Assembly: GCA_023139205.1 (NCBI GenBank) | Contig: JAGLOA010000003.1 | Location: forward strand, 1,779-65,778 | DNA length: 64,000 nucleotides | Direction: 5' to 3' | Origin: Candidatus Pacearchaeota archaeon | GTDB lineage: Archaea > Nanobdellota > Nanobdellia > Pacearchaeales > GW2011-AR1 | In this document: one piece after another, positions 50,299 to 59,532 of the stretch | Layout: each line of letters starts with the position of its first letter | Position numbering within the stretch: the stretch's first letter is position 1 | Translations under genes and position numbers: made by a program | Notes under the pieces: generated by a model | What the model saw: only the letters and a program-made list of their open reading frames with translations | Database searches by the model: none | What the model was told of the DNA's origin: nothing

Positions 50299-50907
50299 TT
50301 AAATCTCAGCATCTGTCCAAAAATCATATATCTTAAATTTGACTTTTTTTTCATTAAAATAATCTTTAATTTTCTTTACACTTTCCAATGGAATAAGTAT
50401 GGCACTTTTTCCTAATTTAATTCCGTTCAATTGTTGAACCAATCCAAGGTAATTTTGTTTATTTAATTTAAACCCAAATAATTTTCTAAACACTCCTATT
50501 CTTTTTTTATCAGGCTTTATATTTTCAAAAACAAAAACAGAATAAGAATAATTTTTTTCTGCATTTGCTCTATATTTTCCATAAAGCAAAATTCCAGTAT
50601 TTATTATTGCTCTTTTCAAATCTTTCCACTCTTCACTCTCAATATCCCCCGCAATAATTGAAAACTCATTTTTCACCCCTTTCAACCTCCATTTCTTAGC
50701 ATTTTCAGTTTTATAAAATTCTTCTTGCAAAACCTGTATCTTTTTATTCTTTTTTTTATCAATATCTACAAATAAATCTATATCTGAATCAGAATCAAAA
50801 TCTCCCCTTGCAACAGAACCATAAAGAATAATCTTTCTTATGTCTATCTTTCGCACTAAAAAACCTGCAAATTCCATAGCATAAGAAATAAGATTATTTC
50901 TTTTCAT
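50299..50907 (-). CDS. Minimal nucleotidyltransferase with extra C-terminal domain
   Basis: LYGSVARG....SDIDLFVD. Confidence 0.85.
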   Translation of the reverse strand: MKRNNLISYAMEFAGFLVRKIDIRKIILYGSVARGDFDSDSDIDLFVDIDKKKNKKIQVLQEEFYKTENAKKWRLKGVKNEFSIIAGDIESEEWKDLKRAIINTGILLYGKYRANAEKNYSYSVFVFENIKPDKKRIGVFRKLFGFKLNKQNYLGLVQQLNGIKLGKSAILIPLESVKKIKDYFNEKKVKFKIYDFWTDAEI

Positions 50908-51298
50908 TTTTTAATCCCTCATTTATAATTTTTCTTAATTCCTGAAAATTCCTTAATACATTCTCTATTCTGAATTTTGGTTTTCTTGAACCATAACACA
51001 AAGCAATTCTTTCAAGCTCTATTTCTTTCATAAAAGAAAGAATTTTATTCTTTAAAGGAAAATCAAAAGGAAGTTTCTTATTAATTAAATTTTTATTTTT
51101 AAAAATTCTATGGTCAAACTGATCTCCAGATCCCTCTATTAAATGAAGTTTATGTAAAAATAAAGAAAACAATTCAACAGAACCTTGCGAAACATTAAAA
51201 CCAATATTTCTCTGATTTTTTATAACTCCCTCATCTATTGCCCGATTAATATTTTCAAGATGTTCTTTAAATGCTTCTTCATGTTGTTCAATTTTCAT
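50894..51298 (-). CDS. HEPN-like partner of the MNT
   Basis: Helical 134 aa, ER..LCYG; overlaps the MNT start. Confidence 0.55.
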   Translation of the reverse strand: MKIEQHEEAFKEHLENINRAIDEGVIKNQRNIGFNVSQGSVELFSLFLHKLHLIEGSGDQFDHRIFKNKNLINKKLPFDFPLKNKILSFMKEIELERIALCYGSRKPKFRIENVLRNFQELRKIINEGLKNEKK

Positions 51299-51300
51299 TG

Positions 51301-51391
51301 TTACAAATGTAATTATTTTTTATTACAAATGTAATTAACTATTTAAGTCTTTTTATATTACAAAAGTAACAATTTTTTATTACAAATGTAA
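51301..51391. promoter_or_regulatory. Four palindromic operator boxes TTACA-AA-TGTAA around the minus-strand promoter
   Basis: Copies at 51301, 51323, 51358 (one mismatch) and 51380; BRE/TATA-like AAAAGACTTAAATA on the minus strand between copies 2 and 3. Confidence 0.8.
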
Positions 51392-52480
51392 CTAAACCTT
51401 AAATCTCAAAATAGCGCCAATCCCTCCAAGATTCTTGAATTGCTCTCCTTCCTCTGTTTCAGTGGAAATAATCTCAAAATCTGAACCCATATCTCCAGCT
51501 ATTTTTTTTAATTCTTTTGCAATCTTTTTATCAATCTCTTTAGATAAAAACAACATATCTACTGCACCATATTCCAAAGCTTTCTTAGTATCCTCCTCTT
51601 TCAATGTAGCTAAATAAGGTTTCTCCCCTAAAGTTTCAAAAAACCTTTCCAAAACTTTTTTCTCATGAATAATTTCCTGACCTGCTAAAATGTCTTGAGA
51701 TTTTATAACAAGTTCTTTTAAACCAGATTCATCAGAATCCCCAATATCAATTTTTCCAATAAATTTTTCTCTTAATTTTGTAGCTAAGTATTCTCCATCA
51801 ATAAACTCATCTTTTGTTGGAATAGGCCCTCCAATTAAAATTCCTTTAAGTTTTGTCATCTCAAAAAAAATAGTTTTCATTTCATCTGCAATCCTTTTAT
51901 AAAAATCTTTAGTTAATCCTTCGGTAATTCTATGGAATCTTTGGGCACTCTGACCCCCGGCCCTAACCTTACTTGGAACACCAGAAGTCATTTTTTGCAA
52001 AACTTCTATTCTTTTTCCTTCTAATAATCCAATAGTTGCTTCTTTCCTGTCCATTACAAGAAGCCCAAAAACTTCATCAACTTCAAGCATTGTTTTTAAT
52101 GGTTCTAAAACAAATTCCTTGTCACACCTATATAATCTTGTCTTTAAAGGCATAGGAGGTTCAATATCCCATAATTGCAAATCCTGTTGACCATCTACCA
52201 GAGAAACATTTCCGCAAAATAAAGCAAGACCATTTTCAGGAGTTTTCTTCAAAGTTTTTAAATGCCTTACAATCTTCTCTAATGCCTCAGTAACATTCTT
52301 TCTCGTAGAAGTAGACTTAATATTTTTAGAAGTAGATTTTTCAGCTTCAAGCTGTCTCTGAACAGAATTAACATCATAACCCTCAGAAATATAAACAGAA
52401 ATAAGTTCAGTATGTTTCCCTTTATATTCTTCAAGTTCTTCTAAAAGTTCTTCTAATTCAAATTTTGTTAATACTGTCAT
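51392..52480 (-). CDS. prf1: Peptide chain release factor aRF1
   Basis: TELISVYI, NIKS, YRCD, AGGQSAQRF. Confidence 0.97.
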   Translation of the reverse strand: MTVLTKFELEELLEELEEYKGKHTELISVYISEGYDVNSVQRQLEAEKSTSKNIKSTSTRKNVTEALEKIVRHLKTLKKTPENGLALFCGNVSLVDGQQDLQLWDIEPPMPLKTRLYRCDKEFVLEPLKTMLEVDEVFGLLVMDRKEATIGLLEGKRIEVLQKMTSGVPSKVRAGGQSAQRFHRITEGLTKDFYKRIADEMKTIFFEMTKLKGILIGGPIPTKDEFIDGEYLATKLREKFIGKIDIGDSDESGLKELVIKSQDILAGQEIIHEKKVLERFFETLGEKPYLATLKEEDTKKALEYGAVDMLFLSKEIDKKIAKELKKIAGDMGSDFEIISTETEEGEQFKNLGGIGAILRFKV

Positions 52481-54924
52481 TCTAAAAACCCCACCTTAAA
52501 TTGTTTCCCTTCTTTAATTTCTTTTGCATTTGTAACATTTTTCAAATCATCTAACATCTCTTTCAAATCCCCATAATTTGTTTTATTAATTGTTAAAATG
52601 CATTCTGCATTCATAGATTTTTGATTCTTTGTTTTTTCTTGTCTAACATTAGATAAAACTTCATAAAATAAACTTAAATCTTTATTTGAATCTTCAAACT
52701 TTCCAGTTCTTGGCCAAGAACTAATATGAATTGACTTGTCCTTTTCAATTTTCTTAAAATGTTCTTGATAAATTTCTTCTGTAACAAAAGGCATAATTGG
52801 GGCAATCATTTTTAAAATAGCTAAAAGAGATTTATACAAAGTATATTGTGCAGAAAGTTTCTTATCCCCTTCTCCCTGATAAACTCTTTTCTTTACAATC
52901 TCCAAATAATTATCGCAAAAATCATTCCAAAAAAAACTCTCAATCTCTTGCTTTACTTTTGAATATTCATATTTTTCAAAATTCTTTCCAGCTTCATTTA
53001 CAACATAATCTAATTTGTTTAAAAACAATTCATCCAACTTTTCCAACTTCTTTTGTTTTGCCCCAGAATTCAGTGTTTTGGGGCTTCGGAGAAGTTCTCG
53101 CACCTCCTTGGTGTACACCGAGGCCTCCCTCTTCGGGAGGTCATCCCGTGGGAAGCGGTGCGACCCATCCCATCCCTCTAAATTCATAAAAACAAATCTA
53201 GATGCATTCATTAATTTAGTTATCATTTTTTTTCCTGTAACTAAATCTTTTTCCTGATAATCTAAATCATTTCCTAACTTAGAACTTGCGGCAGCAAACC
53301 TCAAAGCATCTGCACCATACTCTTCCATAATTTTAATTGGGTCAAGAACATTTCCTTTTGACTTTGACATTTTCTCTCCGCCAAGCGTAACAAAACCAGA
53401 AATCACAATATCTTTCCAGGGAATTTCTTTTTCATGCAAATAAGATTTAACAATTGTATAAAATGCCCAAGTTCGAATTATATCATGTGCCTGTGGACGA
53501 AAAGAAAAAGGTAAACCAATCCTCCCTTTTGCCTGTGCTAATTCTGCAGCAATCTGAGGAGTCATAGAAGAGGTAGCCCATGTATCTAAAACCATTTTTT
53601 CAGGCTCAGCAATTTTATGACACTTAGGACATTTTTTTTCAACTTGCAAAGGATCAACAGGGAGCTCATTTTCAGAAGGCAAAATAATTTCCCCGCAAGA
53701 ACATTCCCAAACAGGAATAGGAATTCCAAAATGCCTGTTCCTTGAAATACTCCAATCCCATTCTAAACCATTAACCCAATTATCATATCTCTTATGCATA
53801 AATTCAGGATACCAATTTATCTTATTTCCCTGAGCAATTAATTTATCTTTTTTGTCTAAAATTTTAATAAACCATTGCTCTGTCGGCAAGAATTCAATTC
53901 CAGTTCCACATTTATCATGACAATTCAAAACATGACTAATTTCTTTTTTCTCTTTAATCAAACCCTCTTTTTTCAAATCTTCTAAAATCTTTTTTCTTGC
54001 GTCTTTAATTTTCAAACCCTTATACTTTCCAATATTCAAAGTCCCATCTTTTTCTAAAACAATTTTTGGATTAAGACCATGACGATTAATTGCATCCACA
54101 TCAAATCTATCTCCATAACTGCAAATCATTAAGACACCAGTCCCTTTATCAATTTCAGCAGATTTATCTTCAAGAATAGGAACTTCTTGATTAAACAAAG
54201 GAACTTTTGCTTTTTTTCCGACGAGAGTTTTATATCTCTTATCCAGAGGATTAACAAAAACTGCAACACAAGCCCCCAATAATTCAGGACGGGTTGTAGC
54301 AACCAATAAATCTTTTTTGTTGCATTTAAACTTCAAAGTTGAAAACAAACTCGTCTCTTCTTTATCTTCCAATTCTGCCTGAGCAATAGAAGTTTGGCAT
54401 TCAGGACACCACAAAGTTGGAAACTCTTTTTTATAAGCTTCTTTTTTCTTAACTAAATCAATAAAAGATTTCTGAGAAACTTTTTGTGAATGTTTATCAA
54501 TTGTCGAATAATAAATATCATAATCTGAAGAAATTCCTAAATCCCTAAAATCTTTAATGCAGATTGGAGTAACTTTTTTAAGAGTTTTCAAACACAATGC
54601 AATAAATTTAGAACGACCCATATCCTTGCTTTTAACTTTGTTTTCCTTTTCAATAAATCTCTCTGTAGGCAAACCATTATCATCTGTTCCAAAAGGATAA
54701 AAAATATTCTTCCCTTTCATTCTCATAAATCTAATTATAAAATCCTGCTGCGAATAACTAAAAGCATGCCCAATATGCATTCTCCCAGAAATATACGGCG
54801 GAGGAGTATCTACGCTAAAAATCTCTTCTTTCCTCTTTGCATCAAACTTGTAAATCCCTTGGTTTTCCCAGAATTTTCTCCATTTTTCTTCAATACCCTT
54901 AAAATCAAATTTAGACTTTGCCAT
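52477..54924 (-). CDS. valS: Valyl-tRNA synthetase with about 35-aa in-frame palindromic insertion
   Basis: DTPPP, HIGH, ATTRPE, DWSISRNR, DTW-TSS, KMSKS. Confidence 0.96.
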   Translation of the reverse strand: MAKSKFDFKGIEEKWRKFWENQGIYKFDAKRKEEIFSVDTPPPYISGRMHIGHAFSYSQQDFIIRFMRMKGKNIFYPFGTDDNGLPTERFIEKENKVKSKDMGRSKFIALCLKTLKKVTPICIKDFRDLGISSDYDIYYSTIDKHSQKVSQKSFIDLVKKKEAYKKEFPTLWCPECQTSIAQAELEDKEETSLFSTLKFKCNKKDLLVATTRPELLGACVAVFVNPLDKRYKTLVGKKAKVPLFNQEVPILEDKSAEIDKGTGVLMICSYGDRFDVDAINRHGLNPKIVLEKDGTLNIGKYKGLKIKDARKKILEDLKKEGLIKEKKEISHVLNCHDKCGTGIEFLPTEQWFIKILDKKDKLIAQGNKINWYPEFMHKRYDNWVNGLEWDWSISRNRHFGIPIPVWECSCGEIILPSENELPVDPLQVEKKCPKCHKIAEPEKMVLDTWATSSMTPQIAAELAQAKGRIGLPFSFRPQAHDIIRTWAFYTIVKSYLHEKEIPWKDIVISGFVTLGGEKMSKSKGNVLDPIKIMEEYGADALRFAAASSKLGNDLDYQEKDLVTGKKMITKLMNASRFVFMNLEGWDGSHRFPRDDLPKREASVYTKEVRELLRSPKTLNSGAKQKKLEKLDELFLNKLDYVVNEAGKNFEKYEYSKVKQEIESFFWNDFCDNYLEIVKKRVYQGEGDKKLSAQYTLYKSLLAILKMIAPIMPFVTEEIYQEHFKKIEKDKSIHISSWPRTGKFEDSNKDLSLFYEVLSNVRQEKTKNQKSMNAECILTINKTNYGDLKEMLDDLKNVTNAKEIKEGKQFKVGFLE
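53060..53170. repeat. GC-rich multi-hairpin cassette in frame in valS
   Basis: GCCCCAGAA/TTTTGGGGC and CCTCCC/GGGAGG stems; 53097-53116 matches 26984-27003 at 19/20; 53136-53154 matches 3748-3766 at 18/19. Confidence 0.88.
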
Positions 54925-54975
54925 GAGGAAAATACCCACAACAACTTTTAAAAACTATCCTTTTCTACCTTAAAT

Positions 54976-55134
54976 ATGGCAGACAGCAATGTAAACATGC
55001 CCTCAGGATTTGGAGGGTTAATGAGATTTAAAGAAGAATATGCAAGTATTTTCAATCTAAAACCAACACACATAATCTTATTTGTAATTTTAATAGTAAT
55101 CTTTAGATTTTCTTTAGAATTCTTTATAAAATAA
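54976..55134 (+). CDS. secG: Preprotein translocase subunit Sec61-beta
   Basis: Not in the ORF track; MADSNVNMPSGFGGLMRFKEEY..FNLKP-TM. Confidence 0.88.
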   Translation: MADSNVNMPSGFGGLMRFKEEYASIFNLKPTHIILFVILIVIFRFSLEFFIK

Positions 55135-55135
55135 A

Positions 55136-55465
55136 ATGTTTCCAGGATTAAACCCAAAAAAAATGCAGGCAGTAATGAAACAGATGGGAATAGCCCAGGA
55201 AGAAATTTCTGCTTCAAGAGTTATAATTGAAAAAACAGATAATTCTAAGATAATTATTGAATCCCCTTCTGTAACAAAAATAAAAATGCAGGGGCAGGAG
55301 ACTTTTCAGATTGCAGGAGAAATTTCAGAAGAATCAGGGGAAATTGGAATTTCAGAAGAAGATGTTCAAACTGTAATGGAAAAAACAGGAAAATCAGAGG
55401 AAGAAGCAAAAGAGGCTTTAGAAAAAACAGGTGATTTAGCGGAGGCAATTCTTGAGTTAAGTTAA
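55136..55465 (+). CDS. nac: Nascent polypeptide-associated complex protein
   Basis: NPKKMQ-VMKQMGI, QGQ-TFQI-G, UBA-like GDLAEAIL. Confidence 0.95.
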   Translation: MFPGLNPKKMQAVMKQMGIAQEEISASRVIIEKTDNSKIIIESPSVTKIKMQGQETFQIAGEISEESGEIGISEEDVQTVMEKTGKSEEEAKEALEKTGDLAEAILELS

Positions 55466-55573
55466 TAAGGATTCTATAAAGTTTGATTAAAAGTTGTTAT
55501 ATCTAATTTAGAATTCTAGAGAAAAGAATGAAATCAAAAGCTTTATATACTACTACATAGTTACAATTATAAA

Positions 55574-56032
55574 ATGGATTTAGAGAAACAACAAGGATTA
55601 GGGGAGAATTATGCTCAAGCAAAAAAGGGGCTCTCATTTATAAAATTTGGAGCTGATGTTGTTAAAGTTGGTGCAGGTTTTTATGTTGGTTTTATGGATG
55701 GACAGGGAACACCAGTTAATCCTTCAACAAGATATACTTTTCTTGCTACACCTTCTGTTTTAAGTGCGGTATTCTCTACTACTTCTAATTATGTATTCCA
55801 AAAAATGCTGAAATATTCTTTAAAAAATCATCCATCTATTTTTGAAAAAAATATTAGGGAATATGAATGTGAAAATAATGAAAAAGAAGAAATTCAAAAA
55901 GCCCTGAAAAAAATAGCTCATCACAACTTCATGCCAGAGATATTTAAGAAATCTGCTAAAGATACTGGAATTACAACAATTAAAACAGGAGTTGGTTATG
56001 CTGTCGGTTATGGTTTAGCTAAATTAATTTAA
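55574..56032 (+). CDS. Hypothetical protein with Gly-zipper-like segments
   Basis: GAGFYVG and GVGYAVGYG. Confidence 0.65.
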   Translation: MDLEKQQGLGENYAQAKKGLSFIKFGADVVKVGAGFYVGFMDGQGTPVNPSTRYTFLATPSVLSAVFSTTSNYVFQKMLKYSLKNHPSIFEKNIREYECENNEKEEIQKALKKIAHHNFMPEIFKKSAKDTGITTIKTGVGYAVGYGLAKLI

Positions 56033-56217
56033 TTACTTTTATCTTTTATTCTTTTAATTAATTGAACTTCACACTTAAAGACACAGACTTCTGACTTTGA
56101 ATTTTTCGGCTTGGCAAACATTGCACCAAATTTTAGCTCTAACAAAAAAAACCACAATAATCTACATTTTTCTTCTATCACCAACAAATATAATAATTCC
56201 AAATACCTTTATTTTAC

Positions 56218-56682
56218 ATGGAAAAATTCCTAGAATCTATCCAAGAAGCTGAAAAAATAATTAAAAATGTTGACCATATGATTTACATAACTTTTCCTTT
56301 GATTAAAGAAAAAAAACTTTTATTAAAAATACTTCTGGAAACAAAAATCGCAATTGCCAACTGCATCAACTCAATACTCCAGTATGAATATATCTACAAA
56401 AGAATTACTTTATACAAAAGTGCAAAAACTAATTTTATGACATTCATCCAAAAATGTTCCCAAAAATATGAAATAACAAAACAAGAAATTAAACTAATTT
56501 TAGAGTTATTTGACATTATTGAAAAACATAAACACAGCCCAATAGAATTTATAAAAAATGAAAAAATTATAATTCTCTCAGAAAACTTAAATCCAAAAAT
56601 CATCACAATTGAAAAAATCAAAGAATTTCTCTTATTATCTAAAAGCATCCTAACAAAGACCAAAAAAAGAATCTTAAGATAA
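56218..56682 (+). CDS. Hypothetical protein (ADH..Y-type helical protein)
   Basis: VDHMIYITFP. Confidence 0.7.
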   Translation: MEKFLESIQEAEKIIKNVDHMIYITFPLIKEKKLLLKILLETKIAIANCINSILQYEYIYKRITLYKSAKTNFMTFIQKCSQKYEITKQEIKLILELFDIIEKHKHSPIEFIKNEKIIILSENLNPKIITIEKIKEFLLLSKSILTKTKKRILR

Positions 56683-56745
56683 ATATAAAAAGCCTTTAAT
56701 CTTAATAGATTATACTTCTAATTTTAAAAATTAAAGGAGAATTCA

Positions 56746-57186
56746 ATGGAAGAAATAATTCAGGAAAAAATAAGTGCAGATCATCTTTTATATGTTAGCC
56801 TTAAATATACAAAAACTTGTGATGTAATAACAAATCTTCTCTTAAGATGGAGTAAGATGATTGAAACAAGTATAGAAGGTATTTTAGAACATGCAAAAAA
56901 GAAAAAAAAGATTTCTTTAATTTCTTCAAATCCTATTGGAAAAATAGAACAAATAAGGAAACTTTTCAAAAAAGATAAAGAATTTCTAAAAGTAATTGAT
57001 ATGTATGAGATGTTCAGAAAAATTAGAGAACTAAGAACAGAAAGAAGTGGGGAGTTTAGAAAAAATGTAAACTTAAAAGTTTTTTACAGAGGAAAAGAAA
57101 TAAACATAAATTTAGAACAATTAAAAATTTACGCAGAAGTACTGGAAAAGTTTATAAGTACTACAAAGCAATTTCTTCTATCTTAA
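56746..57186 (+). CDS. Hypothetical protein (ADH..Y-type helical protein)
   Basis: SADHLLYVSLKYTKT, EFRKNV. Confidence 0.75.
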   Translation: MEEIIQEKISADHLLYVSLKYTKTCDVITNLLLRWSKMIETSIEGILEHAKKKKKISLISSNPIGKIEQIRKLFKKDKEFLKVIDMYEMFRKIRELRTERSGEFRKNVNLKVFYRGKEININLEQLKIYAEVLEKFISTTKQFLLS

Positions 57187-57212
57187 AATAAAATTTAAGA
57201 TTAATTTTCAAA

Positions 57213-57986
57213 ATGCAAAAAGTAATTGTTATTACATCTGGGAAAGGAGGGGTTGGAAAAACAACTACAGCAATAAATCTAGGTGCAGCTATAAATTATT
57301 TTGGAAAAGAAGTCTTAATAATTGATGGAAACTTATCTACACCAAATATTGGAATCCATTTAAACTCTCCTGAAGTCCCTGTAAATTTAAATCATGTACT
57401 TCTAAAAAAAGCAGATGTATTTGAAGCTGTTTATGAACATGAATCTGGGATGAAAATCATGCCGTCTTCTTTATCAATAAAAGAATTAAAAAATATAAAA
57501 CCAGAAAAAATCAAAGATTTTAAAGAAGACTTCAAAAAAATTTCAGAATATGTTATAATAGATAGTGCTGCAGGGTTAGGAGCTGAAGCAAGTGCAGTTA
57601 TTGAAGCAGCAGATGAATTAATAGTCGTAACAAATCCAGAAATTCCTGCAATTACAGATGCATTAAAAGCAATAAAAGTAGCAGAAGAAATGAAAAAACC
57701 AGTTATAGGAGTTATTATGACCAAGGTAAGGAAAAACAAAATTGAAATGCAGCCAGAAACAGTAAAAGAAATGTTAGAAACACAGATTTTGGGAATGGTC
57801 CCTGAAGATATTGCAATTCAAAAATCCTTAAATCTTAAAGATGCTGTTATCCATACTTACCCAAAAAGCAAAGCATCAAGAGCCTACAAAGAAATAGCAG
57901 CAAAACTATTAGAAATAGAATATGATTCAAACCAAGACAAAGAAAATATTTTTGAAAAAATTGGAAGAATTTTTAGAGAAGATTAA
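57213..57986 (+). CDS. minD: MinD/ParA-family ATPase
   Basis: SGKGGVGKTT, IDSAAG, VTNPE..A.TDA. Confidence 0.92.
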   Translation: MQKVIVITSGKGGVGKTTTAINLGAAINYFGKEVLIIDGNLSTPNIGIHLNSPEVPVNLNHVLLKKADVFEAVYEHESGMKIMPSSLSIKELKNIKPEKIKDFKEDFKKISEYVIIDSAAGLGAEASAVIEAADELIVVTNPEIPAITDALKAIKVAEEMKKPVIGVIMTKVRKNKIEMQPETVKEMLETQILGMVPEDIAIQKSLNLKDAVIHTYPKSKASRAYKEIAAKLLEIEYDSNQDKENIFEKIGRIFRED

Positions 57987-58125
57987 TTCTCAAGAAATTA
58001 GGATTTAAGGTTAAATTTAAAAATAAAGGAATATAGGTATATAAAAGGAAAAGATTTATTATAGTAAAAGACAATAAAATTAATAAAACAATCCCCCTCT
58101 AATTTTATGGAGGTAAAACAGTTTA

Positions 58126-58365
58126 ATGGAAATTAGTAACTTAACTTTTGATGATGAATCGAAAAAAGAGGTTTTAGATTTGTTTGAAAAAACTATTGAT
58201 CAAGAAGGATTTATAGTTGAAAAAGAAGATATGACCCAAAGAGTTTTAACAACAAAAGGTGAAGAAATTCTTTTTGAAGAATGGGGGGGCGTAGTTAAAG
58301 GCTCAGAATCTTTCATCAAATCAGATACTTTTTCTCTAATTGAACTTGCAAAAAAATTAAATTGA
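58126..58365 (+). CDS. Hypothetical protein
   Basis: 79 aa, GGAGGT Shine-Dalgarno upstream. Confidence 0.7.
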   Translation: MEISNLTFDDESKKEVLDLFEKTIDQEGFIVEKEDMTQRVLTTKGEEILFEEWGGVVKGSESFIKSDTFSLIELAKKLN

Positions 58366-59177
58366 TTTTTTTAGATAAATTAAAAACCATATTTGAAGGT
58401 AAATTTGGAGATATCTTAAGTAATAATAAATTTTCATTGTTTCATTTTTCAAAAAATGTTAATGAACCACTAGAAGTAAAAAATGAAAATACCTTAAAAA
58501 TAGATTTAACTAAATTAAACGAGGAAGAAAAAGAATTATTCAAAAAAGAAATAAGAAACATTACAATCCAAAAAGAAGGAGATGCATTTTTAATAAATAA
58601 AACTATTAGAAAAACACAAAAAATAAAAAAAAATCTCCCAAAAGACGCAGATGAACTTTTATTAAAATTTTATAGAAATAAAATTTCTCCTGAAATGTAT
58701 AAGGCGTTGGAAGCATCACTTATAGTTCGTAACGCTTTCATAAATAATGAAGATATAACTGAATTAAAAAAAGATATAAGAAACAAATATCCAACTTTTG
58801 GGAATAATCTTTGCAATCTAACAACAAGAAACTATTTTGACGATCACTTCAAAGAATTGTATCTTAAGATGTTGGAGGAGGAAGATTTTAATATTAGAGT
58901 TTATCAAAAGAAAATTGAATATATTGTAAAATCTTTACCTTATATAGCCTTTATTGCAAAAGATAAGACCTATGATGAATTAAGCGGTGAAGTTATGTTT
59001 AAACTTGCTAAACTAAAAATGTATGGGACTGGGAAATTGATCTTACATGGACTTGGGAAAGGAAACGTAGAAACTACATTAAAAATATTAGAAGAATATA
59101 GAAATGATAAAGATACATGTATTGATATAGAAATTAATCCAAAAAGAACGATAATAACTGCAACATTAATGTTTTAA
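58362..59177 (+). CDS. Hypothetical protein
   Basis: 271 aa, coupled to the upstream ORF. Confidence 0.7.
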   Translation: MIFLDKLKTIFEGKFGDILSNNKFSLFHFSKNVNEPLEVKNENTLKIDLTKLNEEEKELFKKEIRNITIQKEGDAFLINKTIRKTQKIKKNLPKDADELLLKFYRNKISPEMYKALEASLIVRNAFINNEDITELKKDIRNKYPTFGNNLCNLTTRNYFDDHFKELYLKMLEEEDFNIRVYQKKIEYIVKSLPYIAFIAKDKTYDELSGEVMFKLAKLKMYGTGKLILHGLGKGNVETTLKILEEYRNDKDTCIDIEINPKRTIITATLMF

Positions 59178-59179
59178 AT

Positions 59180-59509
59180 TTAACTAACCCTACTCCCAAC
59201 TTCTATATCTTTATCAGGTTCTACTAATCTCACTTTTCCTTTATTACAAGCAGCTAAAACCATTCCCTGACTTTCAACTCCTCTTAATTTTCTAGAAGCA
59301 AGATTTGCAATTAAAACAATTTTCTTTCCTTCAAGATCTTCCTTAGAATAATGTTGTTTTATTCCAGCACAAACAATTCGTTTTTCTTCTCCTAAATCAA
59401 TTACAAGTTTGTAAAGTTTATCAGCTCCTTCTATTTCTTCAACTTCCAAGATTTCTCCTACAACTAAATCAAGTTTTTCCCAATCTTCAAAATTAATTAT
59501 ATTTTTCAT
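59180..59509 (-). CDS. tRNA-binding OB-fold protein (MetRS C-terminal domain / Trbp111-like)
   Basis: FEDW-KLDL-VG, ADKL, ANL..RKLRG-ESQGM-LAA. Confidence 0.92.
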   Translation of the reverse strand: MKNIINFEDWEKLDLVVGEILEVEEIEGADKLYKLVIDLGEEKRIVCAGIKQHYSKEDLEGKKIVLIANLASRKLRGVESQGMVLAACNKGKVRLVEPDKDIEVGSRVS

Positions 59510-59532
59510 TTTATTTTCTTAAAATTTAGAGT

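Noticed and set aside
51301-51391. Possible mini-CRISPR array
   Set aside because: Repeats are only 12 bp, spacers are 10-23 bp and AT-rich, and no cas operon is present; it fits operators better
52848-53257. Plus-strand ORFs inside valS
   Set aside because: Antisense shadows over the GC-rich insertion
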